A DNA stretch of 64,000 bases, counting the filler, from Gonapodya sp. JEL0774 (Eukaryota), in the NCBI GenBank assembly GCA_027604505.1. It is 40 parts of 40 records of this genome, joined end to end, with 100 filler letters (N's around TTAATTAATTAA, not from the genome) between each part and the next. Parts side by side here need not be neighbours in the genome. Positions count along the whole stretch, not along the records: positions 51,417 to 52,913 come from JADIIX010003057.1; positions 53,014 to 54,509 come from JADIIX010003058.1; positions 54,610 to 56,105 come from JADIIX010003059.1; positions 56,206 to 57,699 come from JADIIX010003060.1; positions 57,800 to 59,292 come from JADIIX010003061.1; positions 59,393 to 60,883 come from JADIIX010003062.1; positions 60,984 to 62,474 come from JADIIX010003063.1; positions 62,575 to 64,000 come from JADIIX010003165.1; 32 more parts are not named here. The stretch is one strand, 5' to 3'. The number at the start of each line of letters is the position of its first letter. The stretch's first letter is position 1. This document shows positions 52,596 through 64,000 of this stretch, one piece after another. The translations under genes and the position numbers were made by a program. The notes under the pieces were generated by a model. It had not been told where the DNA came from. It ran no database searches and saw nothing but the letters and a program-made list of their open reading frames with translations.

Positions 52596-53475
52596 GCGGG
52601 AACCATGGTCGACGGACCAAAGATTGCAAAAAGGTGTAATTCGTCTGTGTACACACTGCAGATTGAAAAACGTTATGTACTAGGATTCAATTGTAATTAG
52701 ATCTGATGGTTCATTATATTAGAGGCCATCGTCCACACTTGAAGCACGTCAGTAAGATTTGCAAACACACAATGATGGCGCCTTTGACGGTCTGAGAGTT
52801 GTACCAAGGCTGTGCCATAGGGTGCATCACGGCAATATTCTAGCAGTTCGAGAGGTCGACAGGGGAGAGTCACCCTGTAGGAACATGAAGGTGTCCCTCC
52901 GCGTTGCATAGGCNNNNNNNNNNNNNNNNNNNNNNNNNNNNNNNNNNNNNNNNNNNNTTAATTAATTAANNNNNNNNNNNNNNNNNNNNNNNNNNNNNNN
53001 NNNNNNNNNNNNNGGTTCAATGTTCCTCACTAGCAACCAAAACGATCCATCGAACTTCCCAAGTGAGATACCCGTCGCCATAACCTTTCTTTCAACACAG
53101 AGTATCTGGCCGGCCGTGCCCAAAAGTGGTGCCGTTTCCGAGTCGCTCTCCGTCCTTCTACTCATCAAAAGGTCATTTCGCAGGAATGTGGAAGATGAAG
53201 ACTCGTTCAAGGACGACCGATGAGAGGCAAGCAGACTGAATCGGAAGGAGGCAGGAGGGACAACGAGGGATGTGTCGTCGTCGCGAAGGAGGTCGACCTT
53301 GAAGAGATCCTTGATGTCTTTTCTATGTAGGCCCGATGTTAGTATGCGCACATCCATGTTGGGCCGCATGACAGCTGTTACAGATTTTACTTGTAAATAT
53401 GTCTGAGTCCAAGGATTTGCCTGAGCAATCAGTAAGTACATCAAGCAATATATAAATTCATCTACGTGAAGCTTC

Positions 53476-54509
53476 ATGCAATGCACTTCTCAAGAGTATC
53501 TTTTGAGCCAGCCGCCAGCAAACTCGAGCTTCCGTGAATCCGCAACCTACCACGTTCACATCTCCATCCCCCTCGCGGATCTCGTCGTCACATCAGCTCT
53601 CCGATCTCGCGAGACCGTCAGGAATTCCGTAGTCCTCTTCGATGGGGTGGTGGACGGAGATCTTGTCGTGTTTGAGCTGTGGAAGACAGTGGAGGAAACT
53701 GGAGAGGAACTCAAAGGGGCTGTTCATTCGCTGCAGTGGTCACGCGATGTGAACATGTTTGTTTACGGGGACGTGGATTGGAACAGCTCCGTGTCCTGTC
53801 TCGCAGAGCAGAGAGACAAGTCAATTCCGGAGTGGGCGCTCTCCATGCGACTTGAACAAAATCCACTGCTCGAGTTCGTAGTCGTTCGCAAGTTGGTTTT
53901 TCTTGCAAAAATCGCCGATGCAGAACTGGCATCTGCGGACACCAGATTTTGGTATTTCCACGAAGTTTGCAACCATCTCAAACGCCCCTGTCGAGTTTCT
54001 GGACAGGAGAGTGAACGTCTCACCGCGGCAAAAGAGGAAAGACGGATCGCTCTGACAAAGCTGTTCGCGCTCATGGTTCAATGGAAAGACTACGCCATCG
54101 CACTATTTGGAGACGGCAACAACGACGACAGACGGTTTTGTGCTGCACACCCCATCAGTGAAACCCGCGAGGACCTGACTCGGTGGTTAACACACATGCG
54201 TGGGAAGCGCACACAGCACAGTCTAGTTCCAATCGATTGGAAACACGTTTTCTTGCACCAGCTGCGACACAGCACCGGTGTATTTACTTTGAACGATGGA
54301 GAGGGCTTTGTCAACAAAGAAGAAATCGCAGCTGTTACAGACGCCGAGGCCGGGCAAGCATTCGGAAGGGACACTGAGGTCCGTTCATGCTTTTATGAGA
54401 CATACCCGTTGTGCAATGATCTCGCATGGCCGAAAACGGCTCGTGAATGTTGGAATGTGCTCTTGGAAGATGAAAAGGCCCTTTGGAAGTCGAAACTGGC
54501 GATTGTCCA
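53476..54509 (+). CDS. Hypothetical protein, long intron-free exon
   Basis: Open frame of about 345 aa with globular composition; no family recognised. Confidence 0.5.
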
Positions 54510-54609
54510 NNNNNNNNNNNNNNNNNNNNNNNNNNNNNNNNNNNNNNNNNNNNTTAATTAATTAANNNNNNNNNNNNNNNNNNNNNNNNNNNNNNNNNNN
54601 NNNNNNNNN

Positions 54610-55939
54610 TGGGTCGTGGAGATGGACGCGCTCGCTCCGCCAGTCGACAGGGGGGACTCGCCAGGTCTGCCCGAGTACTACGAAGGGGCCGGCATGTTGC
54701 ACGGACACGGGCAGGGGCAGATGGCCGTGGCGCCGAGTCCGACGAGGACCGTCGCGCCAGGGTTCGGGTACGGGTATGGCGGGGAGGACGACGGGTATAA
54801 CGCAGGAGCGAACGGCAACGGGAGGGAGGGTCAGGTGCACGGGCAGGGACAAGGACAGCAGACGAGGCCGCCCAGTGCGGGGTACGGGATGGCGGTGGCG
54901 TATGGTGGGTTCCGTGCGCGGGGGATGGGTTTAATTTGGTGTCGTGGTATCGATATTTCGTACCATTTGAAATCTGAACCATGCAACTAACTCACACCCC
55001 ACCCGGCCTCCTGCCCGATAGACGCCTTCTCCCGCCCACACCCCCTTCCCACCTCCCACTCCACCGCCAGCACCGTCGCCGTCCCCCCAACCGCCATCAC
55101 CTCCGGCACCCCGACCGACCTCACCACGCTCACCCACACCGCACCCTCCCGGCGCACCTCGACGCGCCCCCCGAGCCCCATCAACTCGGTCGCGCCCCTG
55201 CTCCACCCCTCGGACCCTTTGCTCCTCCTCTCCCCCAGCGGAGGTGAAGTCTCCGTGGCCCACCTGACCGTGTTCGCGTCGCTGTTGCCGCCCGTGATGA
55301 CCTACCTGGACGTTGACGGGGCGCCTGTGCCCGGAAAATCGGTGGTCCAGCCCGACAGGACCTACGTGTGTCAGCGGGGTTTCAGGGCAGAGCGCAAGGG
55401 GGAACTGGACTGTAAGAGGAGGGATCAGGTGGCGGTGGAGGGTGTGGTGCAAGAGGGGGGCGGCGCGTGGTTGACGGGTGAGTCCTTGCGCCTCGTCCCC
55501 ATCCCCCTTCTCAAACCCCCACCCTAATCCCCCTTCCTTCTGTCAGGCCGCAACCTCACCACCAAACTCCGCGGCACCTTCCCCGCGATCATTTTGGTCA
55601 AGGACGCCTCGACCACCACGCTCGAGGCCGAGGCCAAGTTGCGAGCGTGGCGGTGTTCCGGGTGTGGGTGTGATGGGACTCAGACGCCCGTGAGGAGGAC
55701 CAGTAAGGATGGGAAGCAGGTGGGTTGGGGTGGATGGGGGGGCAGGGGGGGTGGGGGGTTGGGGGGTTGGGGGCTGGTCTGTGGAGTGAGCTCACCCCTC
55801 GTCCGTTGTCTTTGGTTTCCTCACCAATCCGTCGATCCAGCACATCTGCGACGAATGTTTCGGGAAACGCCGGGTGACCAAGACCGCGGCGCAGATGCAG
55901 CAGCAGCAGATGCAGCAGGGGAACGTGGTGATGATTTGA
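54610..55939 (+). CDS. SH3 domain plus GATA-like C4 zinc finger protein, C-terminal part
   Basis: SH3 YVCQRGFRAERKGELDCKRRDQV...WLT|GRNLTTKLRGTFP; then CSGCGCDGTQTPVRRTSKDGKQ|HICDEC; polyQ; stop 55937-55939. Confidence 0.6.
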
Positions 55940-56253
55940 GGAGGGTGGAGGGAGGTTGGGGTGGGGAGTGGAGGGGGGCGTGTGGGTGCGACTGGACTGG
56001 TGGGGTGGTAGGGGGATGGAGATGAGATGCCAAGGAGTGAGAAGAAAAGAGGTGGACCCCGCGAGCAGCAGGGTCCGCCCGCCATTCGTGCACGACTGGT
56101 TGATCNNNNNNNNNNNNNNNNNNNNNNNNNNNNNNNNNNNNNNNNNNNNTTAATTAATTAANNNNNNNNNNNNNNNNNNNNNNNNNNNNNNNNNNNNNNN
56201 NNNNNTCTGGCAACCGTCCTCCCATGAAGTCGCAAGCCATGCATGCCCACACC

Positions 56254-57699
56254 TCAGACTCCCGGCTCCCACTTCACCCCTTGCATTCCTTCGCCATCTC
56301 CATATGGGTGTCCGCCATCCATCTCAAATCCATTCAAGAACGCCGAGATATCGAAACTCCCAATGGTCGGACTCATCGGCATGCTCTGAAGACCTGATGG
56401 CACATCCTGACCCGGAGCTGGAGGTGAAACTGATGGCTGTGTTTCGTTGCCCTTTCCCGGTAGCAGTTCCGTGCTCAGATCTTGGTGAAGCTTTTGACTT
56501 GCGCCGTCTTCTGAGATGGACCCATCCCAACCCGTGCTTGGGAGCTGCGACATGTCAACTCCAAGCATTTGGTAGAGCTGCGTGACTTTCGCGTCCAACG
56601 ACTCAACATCCGTCGACAAAGCGTTGACTGCCTCCGTGTGGTTCGACATGAGTCCTATAAGTGGATCATTGGCCGGTGAACCCGTTCCAGGAACGGCGAC
56701 CGCGCCATTGAGCTGAGGCAGCCGCTTATAGAGCGCCATCATCGCCGCAGCATCTTGTCCGTTGACTTCCAGAGATCCGCCTGGTGTTTCGACCAGAGTT
56801 GCAGGTTGGTTGTGTTGTTCGGTTGCCGAGCTGGTGGAGGAGGTTGGAGCAGGCATCCGGAAGACACCCGGACGGCCGCTTCCACTACCTATTCCTGTGA
56901 CACCGGCACCACCACCTGATGCATACTGGGCCATCAATGCCGCGAGACGCTTTTGAACGATATCTGGGATATTGAGACGGAGAGTACGTCACCGCGATGT
57001 ATCTCTCGACGGCCAGACAACTTTCGAACTCCGAAGTAAACTTACAGTCTATTGCCCCTGCGACGCTCTTCGTCATCTTCACGTTCCCTTGTCTTGTGGC
57101 CAGGGTCACCATCCCATCACCACTTCCATCAGAGTCGCGGATTTCCAAGGGCGGTAGCTCACCGTCCAGTTCGGAATCCGCAGAGAGAGAAATGGACGAA
57201 AGTGGAGGGAAGTTAAGTGGGGTAATTGTCGGTGTGAGTGGGAATACGGGGTGGGCTGGTGGGCACCAAAAACATCGGAAAGGGCACATAGCCGGAGTAG
57301 TCCCACGCCATTAGCACTTAGAGCCACTGATTCAGAACAATACCACTTACCCTCTGCAGTAATCGGTACACCATCGTTACCTCTTTTCCTCTTCACCCCC
57401 CTCACCTCATCTTCTACGTCATTGGCGACAGCCTCGGACTCGACCCTCTCTCGCTCCCGCTCCTTTGCAGCCTTGCCCGCCACCTCTTCCACCTCTTCCC
57501 ATCTGCTTTCATCCTCACGAGATGTGATGGCATCTTCCACCATCAACCTCCTCCCCCTTCCCTGTCCGCCCACCACACCACGCAAAAACCCTACAACACG
57601 CTCCACGAGTTCTCCTTGGCGCGCATTCTGGTCTCGCAAGGTCCGAAGCTCAGACCATAGGGCGGTATTGTCTCGTCGGAGGGAGGTAAGGTCCGTGGA
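56254..57699 (-). CDS. Heat shock transcription factor-like protein, HR-A/B region to C-terminus
   Basis: LRRDNTALWSELRTLRDQNARQGELVERVVGFL matches the HSF trimerisation heptads; DNA-binding domain lies outside the contig. Confidence 0.65.
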
Positions 57700-59392
57700 N
57701 NNNNNNNNNNNNNNNNNNNNNNNNNNNNNNNNNNNNNNNNNNNTTAATTAATTAANNNNNNNNNNNNNNNNNNNNNNNNNNNNNNNNNNNNNNNNNNNNG
57801 ACTTTCGCTTTCTCCTCAGTGCATCTTTTGCCCGGTCCAGCATGTCCGCAAGACTCGCAGCGTTCTCTGCCACACTCCGTGGGGAAATCGGCTTCCTTCT
57901 GACTTGGCCAGCCCAGTGCCGAATTTTGCGGCGCTTGGAGTCTGGAGTGACCGATGCGCGAGGACTCTCTCCGACAGAGGCGGAACGCTTGAGGGGTCGG
58001 GAGACGGTTGGAGAGGTGGAAGACGGGGCGGAGGAAGTTGTTGCATCAGTCGAGGTCGGGGGAAGAGGAAGAGACCAGAGGTCACGAAAAACAGTGGTAG
58101 GGGATTTGTCGTGCTAGAAAAAATTTGATAGGCATCATGCACACTGGGCTCCAAAATCTGCCAGAAGCATCCCCACTCACCTCCACCGTTCTAAGCCCCA
58201 TCAACATTTGGCTGATTCTGTCCTCATCTCTTTTCTTCTTAGATTCATGATGACCAGGAGAATAGTCACCCGTCTTTCTCTTCGCCTGTGCTGCGAGCCT
58301 CACTCGAGGGGGGGTGGACTGCCATGACACCGCTGGTAGAGCAAACGCAGGAGCTGACGTTTTGGCAGCAGCGTGGGGATGTTGAGGAAACAAAGAGTCG
58401 GGAGAAGAAGAGGCGCCGCTGAGGAGGAGGGCCGCACGGAGGGGTGTTGCCGACGGAGGTCCTGGAATCACTGTTGGTGGAGGCGGCGGAGCAGTTGAAA
58501 GGTTGGGAACCATAGGTAAGGCCGACGTTGCTGGAGCTATAAGAATGCCCAGATAAGTTATTAAGGGAAGACCGAGGGTGGGTAGAAGACATGTACGCAC
58601 GTTCGGAGGTTGGGACAGAACCTGAATGCGCTTCTGGATTAGTATGGAGTGCCACTGGGATATCAATTCCATTTCTGTGAACAGTTCGGGTAATATGGGT
58701 TCAGTATGATTTTACTCACTCTTCTCTTTCAAAGTCGACGGAGATCTCGCGTCCGCCGATTTTGTCGCCGCTACCGCACGGTTGGAGGTTAACAAATTGG
58801 TGTTGCCGGGTCCGCTTTGAGACCCATCCTTCCTCGCAAGTGGCGGTCTTGAAGTCATCAAAGCAACTGGTGAACCAGATGTGGTCGCGTTCTCCTTGCC
58901 TGGTTGCGCTTTTGATGACTGGACAGGGTGAAAGAAGGACTTGAGGTCTCTTGTCTGGGAGGAGACACCCGTCTTATATTCATTAAAGAGCCATTTCATA
59001 TCACGGCCAGAATCAATTTGAGGTTGCAAATTTCGAAAAGCGTAATTGGTGAAATCGCTCTCTGTCAACCATCAATTGGACATTCAGACTTTGTTCTACT
59101 TACCACACTCTTCAACCCAACGGTCCCGCTACTTCTGACCCCACGGCCACCACCCGCGTTCCCGGCATTTCCAGCTCCGTGTTTCAACTTCTTCATGCGG
59201 CTCAAAGGAATCGGACACAGGTCGGACCAAATCGGAGATGGCTCCTGCACGTTGTCTGTCAGGAGCCTTTCCAACGACTTCGCAATTCGGGGNNNNNNNN
59301 NNNNNNNNNNNNNNNNNNNNNNNNNNNNNNNNNNNNTTAATTAATTAANNNNNNNNNNNNNNNNNNNNNNNNNNNNNNNNNNNNNNNNNNNN

Positions 59393-60215
59393 TTCCGGAT
59401 GAGCGCCGAATTCGGAGACAGGCGGAGCCGATTGATCTTTTTGATCAACAATTATGATTTAGTGACATCAATTTTAGCTGTGAGTACATTGAAGTATTAA
59501 GCTTTGCAATTGTCGTGACACGCGCTCTGGGCAGGAATACTCCGCACCCTCTTTTGAGGGTGAGAAGCTCTACTTCGGAAACGTGGGTGCCTTTCCCGGA
59601 GGATCATCGGGTTGCGATCACCCCCATTTCGTGCTAATGATGTCGTATCACCAGGTGCTTGCTAATAAGATGGTCGAATATGTGGAAGAAGAGCTTCGAC
59701 CACGCTTTGGAAGTCTTATCGGCGGTGGGTGTACTTCAATCCAACATTCTTGAAACCGTTCCAACCACCGACGTTATAACCTTTGTCTTGCTTTATGCCG
59801 CAGTTGTAGTGCAATGTGAAACTTTGATTAGTTCGGGAGACCTCACAGTCATCGAGAAGCTGGATCCTCAAAAATTGGAGGTTATCGCGTCCGATTTCAA
59901 CACTATATGGAAAACCGCTATGTCGGAAGTCAACCAAAGCGTACTTCAATCATTTCCCAATTTGACAAACGGTGCTCGGGTATTGCAAGGTGGGCGGGGA
60001 CCTGGCAAAGCACCCAAGACGTTCTCATCCTCTGTTCTCATTTCTGATGAACACAACCCCCTTCTTTGGCAGCTGTTCTCACTCGTCTCATTGTATATTA
60101 TCGCCAATTTCTCGAAATTTGGCAAAGAAAGTTTACCAACAGATCTTCGAATATCTCCCCAGTGGGGTTGCAGGCTGTGATGCTGGAGATCAAACGATTA
60201 GCTCGTGTTGCATAG
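59393..60215 (+). CDS. VPS52: GARP complex subunit Vps52, C-terminal part
   Basis: LIFLINNYDLVTSIL, YVEEELRPRFG, FNTIWKTAMSEVNQSVLQSFPNLTNGARVLQ|AVLTRLIVYY...MLEIKR. Confidence 0.85.
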
Positions 60216-60476
60216 GGGCGTAGTTTGATGTCTGACCATGTGTATTGATACCAGCGTAATTTGTGAATACAACGCAGAACCTCTAGCAAAAGTCTTGGCG
60301 GTGAAGTATTTACGCCGACATCCGGTTGACTGGTGGAGGACGGAGAGACGAACGGAAGAGGGTACAAATGGTGATTCCAGTTCAACGTAAGAGTAATTAA
60401 GGTTTCAGGAGCAGACAAGGTTGGAGTTGGTTAATGCGGGCTGCCGCCACAATGGGACTGTCCAATAGAACCCACC

Positions 60477-60804
60477 TTTATCGTGAACTGTCTGGAACGC
60501 AACTTCCGAAAGGTCGGTGCACTGGATTTCCGTGAAAACTCCGTCACACTTCTTCCGTAAAGCATCCTTGCTGGCTGCGTACACCATTTTTGACTTGATT
60601 TTAGCTGTGTCGGGAGACCTGGGTATCAAGCAATACCGGGCAAGACAAATCCAACATGAACACGCAAAGACCACAATTTGCGAAATTAAAATCACCCACC
60701 AAGAGTAAAAGAGGATCTTGTGCCTCTCTCCGTCTGATGTGTTGTAAACGAAGTCGTAGACGGCCCAACGGCAATCGTCTTTGGGCAGGGTCTTGATGAA
60801 ATCT
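60477..60804 (-). CDS. COF1: Cofilin / actin-depolymerising factor, 3' exons
   Basis: LPKDDCRWAVYDF...KILFYSW|SPDTAKIKSKMVYAASKDALR...EIQCTD. Confidence 0.93.
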
Positions 60805-60983
60805 GTTTGACGGAACCAGCACGAAGAAAACAATGTAGTTACAGTCTAAGATATTTCAAGAGTGCCAAACTTCTCGCCAGCAGNNNNNNNNNNNNNNNNN
60901 NNNNNNNNNNNNNNNNNNNNNNNNNNNTTAATTAATTAANNNNNNNNNNNNNNNNNNNNNNNNNNNNNNNNNNNNNNNNNNNN

Positions 60984-61836
60984 GGCTGTGGACTCACGGC
61001 TGTTTTCTCTCTCAGTCCCTTGAGGTAGGAATCAAACATCTCCACGTCATCCTTGGTTTGAATTCCCTGCAGCGGGGTCGCCTCGGAGATGACTCGTTCG
61101 ATCATTTGAGTTTTATTCTGTAGAGCTTTATATGCTCGAAGGAGGTCTTAGGATGAAGGGATGTGAAGCATGAGAAAAGTAACATAAGATGTCAGTGCAA
61201 CCGAGGGAGCAGAGTACGCGAGACCTCAAATGTCGGTGTGGAAGACGCACACGAGTGGTAAGATATTGAATACTCACCGGTGAGTTTGGCCTCGTACCGT
61301 TTGACTTTGTTCGCCAAGCCAGCATAACTGTCGTCTGAGGATATGGATACCCTGCCGTTGGGTACAGCTGCAGGTTGTTCGGCAGACGCAGCAAGGCCGG
61401 AAGGTGCAGTAGCGGACCCGTCGGCACTAGGAGACCGAGGACCCGATAAGGATGGCGTGGGGGAAGACGCTCGGGAGGAGGATGCCAACGAGGGTTCCAC
61501 AGAAACGGAAAGAGTTCGAGCATGCGGCGCTCTTGCCGGCGACGAAGGAAGTGACGGCAGAGTTCCATTGGCACCGTTGCCGATATTGGACGTCGGTGGA
61601 TCGAGTGGTGAGGATGAAACGGGAGTTGAAGCCAGCCCGAGGGCTGAGAAAAGGCTGGACACAACGGGAGTGCCGTGAGTGGGAGTCGCCGACAAAGCCG
61701 TCAACGGCGACGTGGACGAAGTGGGCGATGTCGGTGCGCTTGTTCCAGTCCCAACTGATCCCGTTCCCGCTGGCGACCCGGGAACTCCCGCATTCTGCAC
61801 GGCGTTCTGAAGCCGTGACTGAAGATCCCGCAGCAT
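60984..61836 (-). CDS. Golgin-like coiled-coil protein (Imh1-like), 5' part
   Basis: Low-complexity N-terminus, then KVKRYEAKL and IERVISEATPLQGI...FDSYLKGL. Confidence 0.45.
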
Positions 61837-62574
61837 CTTCGACTGTTGATGGCGCCGAAAAGCGGGCGGGAAGCGAAAGAACGAATGTCTCTGTGCTGGG
61901 GATGGGAAGCGGGTGTGGCAATTCACCCAACCTCTTCAGCCACCATCTTCACTTTGGAACAACCCGGTACTTGTGGTCCAACTCCAGCCCAAAGGACATG
62001 CTCCAGACAGTGAGGGGATATAAAACAGACTTTTTGGGACTGTGATGCGAGCGGCTTCCGTTATCGTGGAAGGCACCTCACTCCGGTCCACAGGCTGCAT
62101 TTTTGAACTCACCGTCAGTTCTTTGCCATCGAAATCTGCAATACAACGAGGAGGCCTACGGGAGCAAACCACATCTATGATATTTCTCTTCGCTTACCTG
62201 CATTTCTTTTGGAACTCTGCAGCTCCTCGCCGCACAGTTGCCATGTATTGATGCTGACGTCATATCTCGCTATTCTCGGCGTCTTTTTCGAGATTGGTAT
62301 CTATAATACGCTCATTGCATTGCTGCTAAATCATACCTTATTATTGCGACGCCATTCCAAGGCGCCTACTCCGTTTTAGAATCGCCGGGCTGCCATTTGG
62401 GAATTAACAACTGCGACACTCATCTGAGCGCACTCGTCAGAGCATAGTTCCACCACTGAACTTGCTGCTGAGTGNNNNNNNNNNNNNNNNNNNNNNNNNN
62501 NNNNNNNNNNNNNNNNNNTTAATTAATTAANNNNNNNNNNNNNNNNNNNNNNNNNNNNNNNNNNNNNNNNNNNN

Positions 62575-64000
62575 TGATCGAGTTCATCCCTTCTGAACAT
62601 TCATTTAATTAAAGCAGTGATGGTGATCCTTTCCCTCATGCCGGTAGAAGCTCCCCCCGCTGTGGTGTGGACGACCAACGACTACCGACGGGGCCCATTG
62701 CGGATCGATTGATGACGAAATTTTTTGCGTGCTAACTAAAGGGTTGAAAATGAATACATCAAACTCACGTAAGTACTTGCCAAGCACCATTTCCCGGACA
62801 CCTCAGTAATTGCTCTCTTCAGTCACCGTCATGATCGTGCCATCAAGTCACTGCGATGCGGGCTGGCTTGAGACTTACGATCACTATTACCAGACAAAGG
62901 TGCGGAAGATCCTGGACAATGTCATAAAGGAACTTATAAAAGATGATCGAAAGAGGTTCACCTGGTCCGATGTATGTTTCTTTTGGACTTGGTGAGTGCC
63001 GCTCCCTTTGTGACGTCAGCCAAGTGCGGACCAAGCGACCCACCATTGATCTCTACATTCGTGCGTACACACCTCTACTGTGACATAAAGGTGGCAAGAG
63101 CAACCAGATTCAGTGCGTAGTCAAGCTCGTCAACTGATTCAACAACAACAATTCGTGTTGGTCGGATCTGGATGGATTTCACCGGACGAGGCAGTGGTCC
63201 ACTGGAGAGACGGGTTGGATCAGATGGCACTAGGCTTGAGATGGCTATGGAAGGAGTTTGGTATACGGTGTGTCCTTGCGCTTGTTTCTTTCTTCAGTAG
63301 TGGCAAGGTTTCAGGTCGTAGCACACATCTATCTACAATGCTTTTGAAGTCCAACCATCTCATGGCAGATCGACCCTTTCGGTCATTCTCTTCCCATGGC
63401 AATTCTTCACCACCGTTGCGGTTATATTGCACATGTTCTCAATAGGTGTTCTAACAGCGACAAGACACGCATGGAGTCCCTCAGGGCATTGGAGTTCCTT
63501 TGGAAGATTCCTGATACCGCTGGAGGCGGGATCTTGAGGTCATATGTTGTGTCTCCAAGTCCAGCGATCTACGCACCACTCACATTTGATGTTGAAATGT
63601 CCCCTGCATGGGCTGCTATTCCGGTCACAGACCATAATATTTCCGACAGAGCAGAGTGGTTTGCACGCTTTGCACTTGACAAGGCAAAGATGATGAGAAG
63701 ACCGGATGGAAGACCAAAGCCGGTGGACACAGTGATGATTCTGTGGGGAGGAGATTTTCGATTTGTGGTGAGATATGATTGGAATCTCATCCACCAACAA
63801 ATTAAAATACTGACAAAACGTGTGACTTTGGACTACGAAAATCTTCATTTGACAGCGTGCGGAAGAGCAGTTCCACCAAATTGATGTCATCCGCGCCCAC
63901 ATCAATGAAAACTCAGAGAAATGCGGCATGCGGATTGAATATGCAACTCCGCGGGACTATTTCACCAGTTGGAATGGCCAAGTGGATGAACTTGCCTCTG
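62575..64000 (+). CDS. GH38 class II alpha-mannosidase (Golgi/lysosomal type), N-terminal catalytic region
   Basis: IVPSSHCDAGWLET, RFTWSDVCFF, GWISPDEA, WQIDPFGHS, ILWGGDFRF. Confidence 0.88.

Overview
This window is not contiguous genomic DNA. It is 40 short contigs of about 1.5 kb, sorted by decreasing length (1517 to about 1490 bp) and joined by 39 artificial 100-bp linkers (N44-TTAATTAATTAA-N44, stops in all six frames), so adjacency across a linker has no biological meaning. The content is eukaryotic and intron-rich (short GT-AG introns). It looks fungal, and an early-diverging zoosporic lineage (chytrid or Monoblepharid-like) is my inference from gene content. Most contigs carry fragments of recognisable housekeeping genes: CPA1, PDR16-like, MGM1, a P450, IDP1, VAC8, cytochrome c, HST2, trypsin, fasciclin, ATP17, DDB1, RPL10, OMA1, ATG2-like, YCH1-like, TANGO2, PRP46, NUP42, HSF, VPS52, cofilin and a GH38 mannosidase. 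The standout is contig 12919-14430. It starts with the C-terminus of a TnpB/Fanzor-type RNA-guided nuclease (FKCTCGYIADRDSNASRNIFLR, missed by the ORF track). This is followed by about 190 nt of hairpin-forming non-coding sequence where an omegaRNA would be expected, then about 12 copies of a ~31-bp palindromic repeat separated by variable-length C-rich linkers, then an F-box-like ORF. Other unusual items are an intron-containing PEP carboxylase, a CBA1/BtuF-like putative cobalamin-binding protein, and an SH3 plus GATA-like zinc finger fusion. All calls come from motif recognition by eye; no searches were run.
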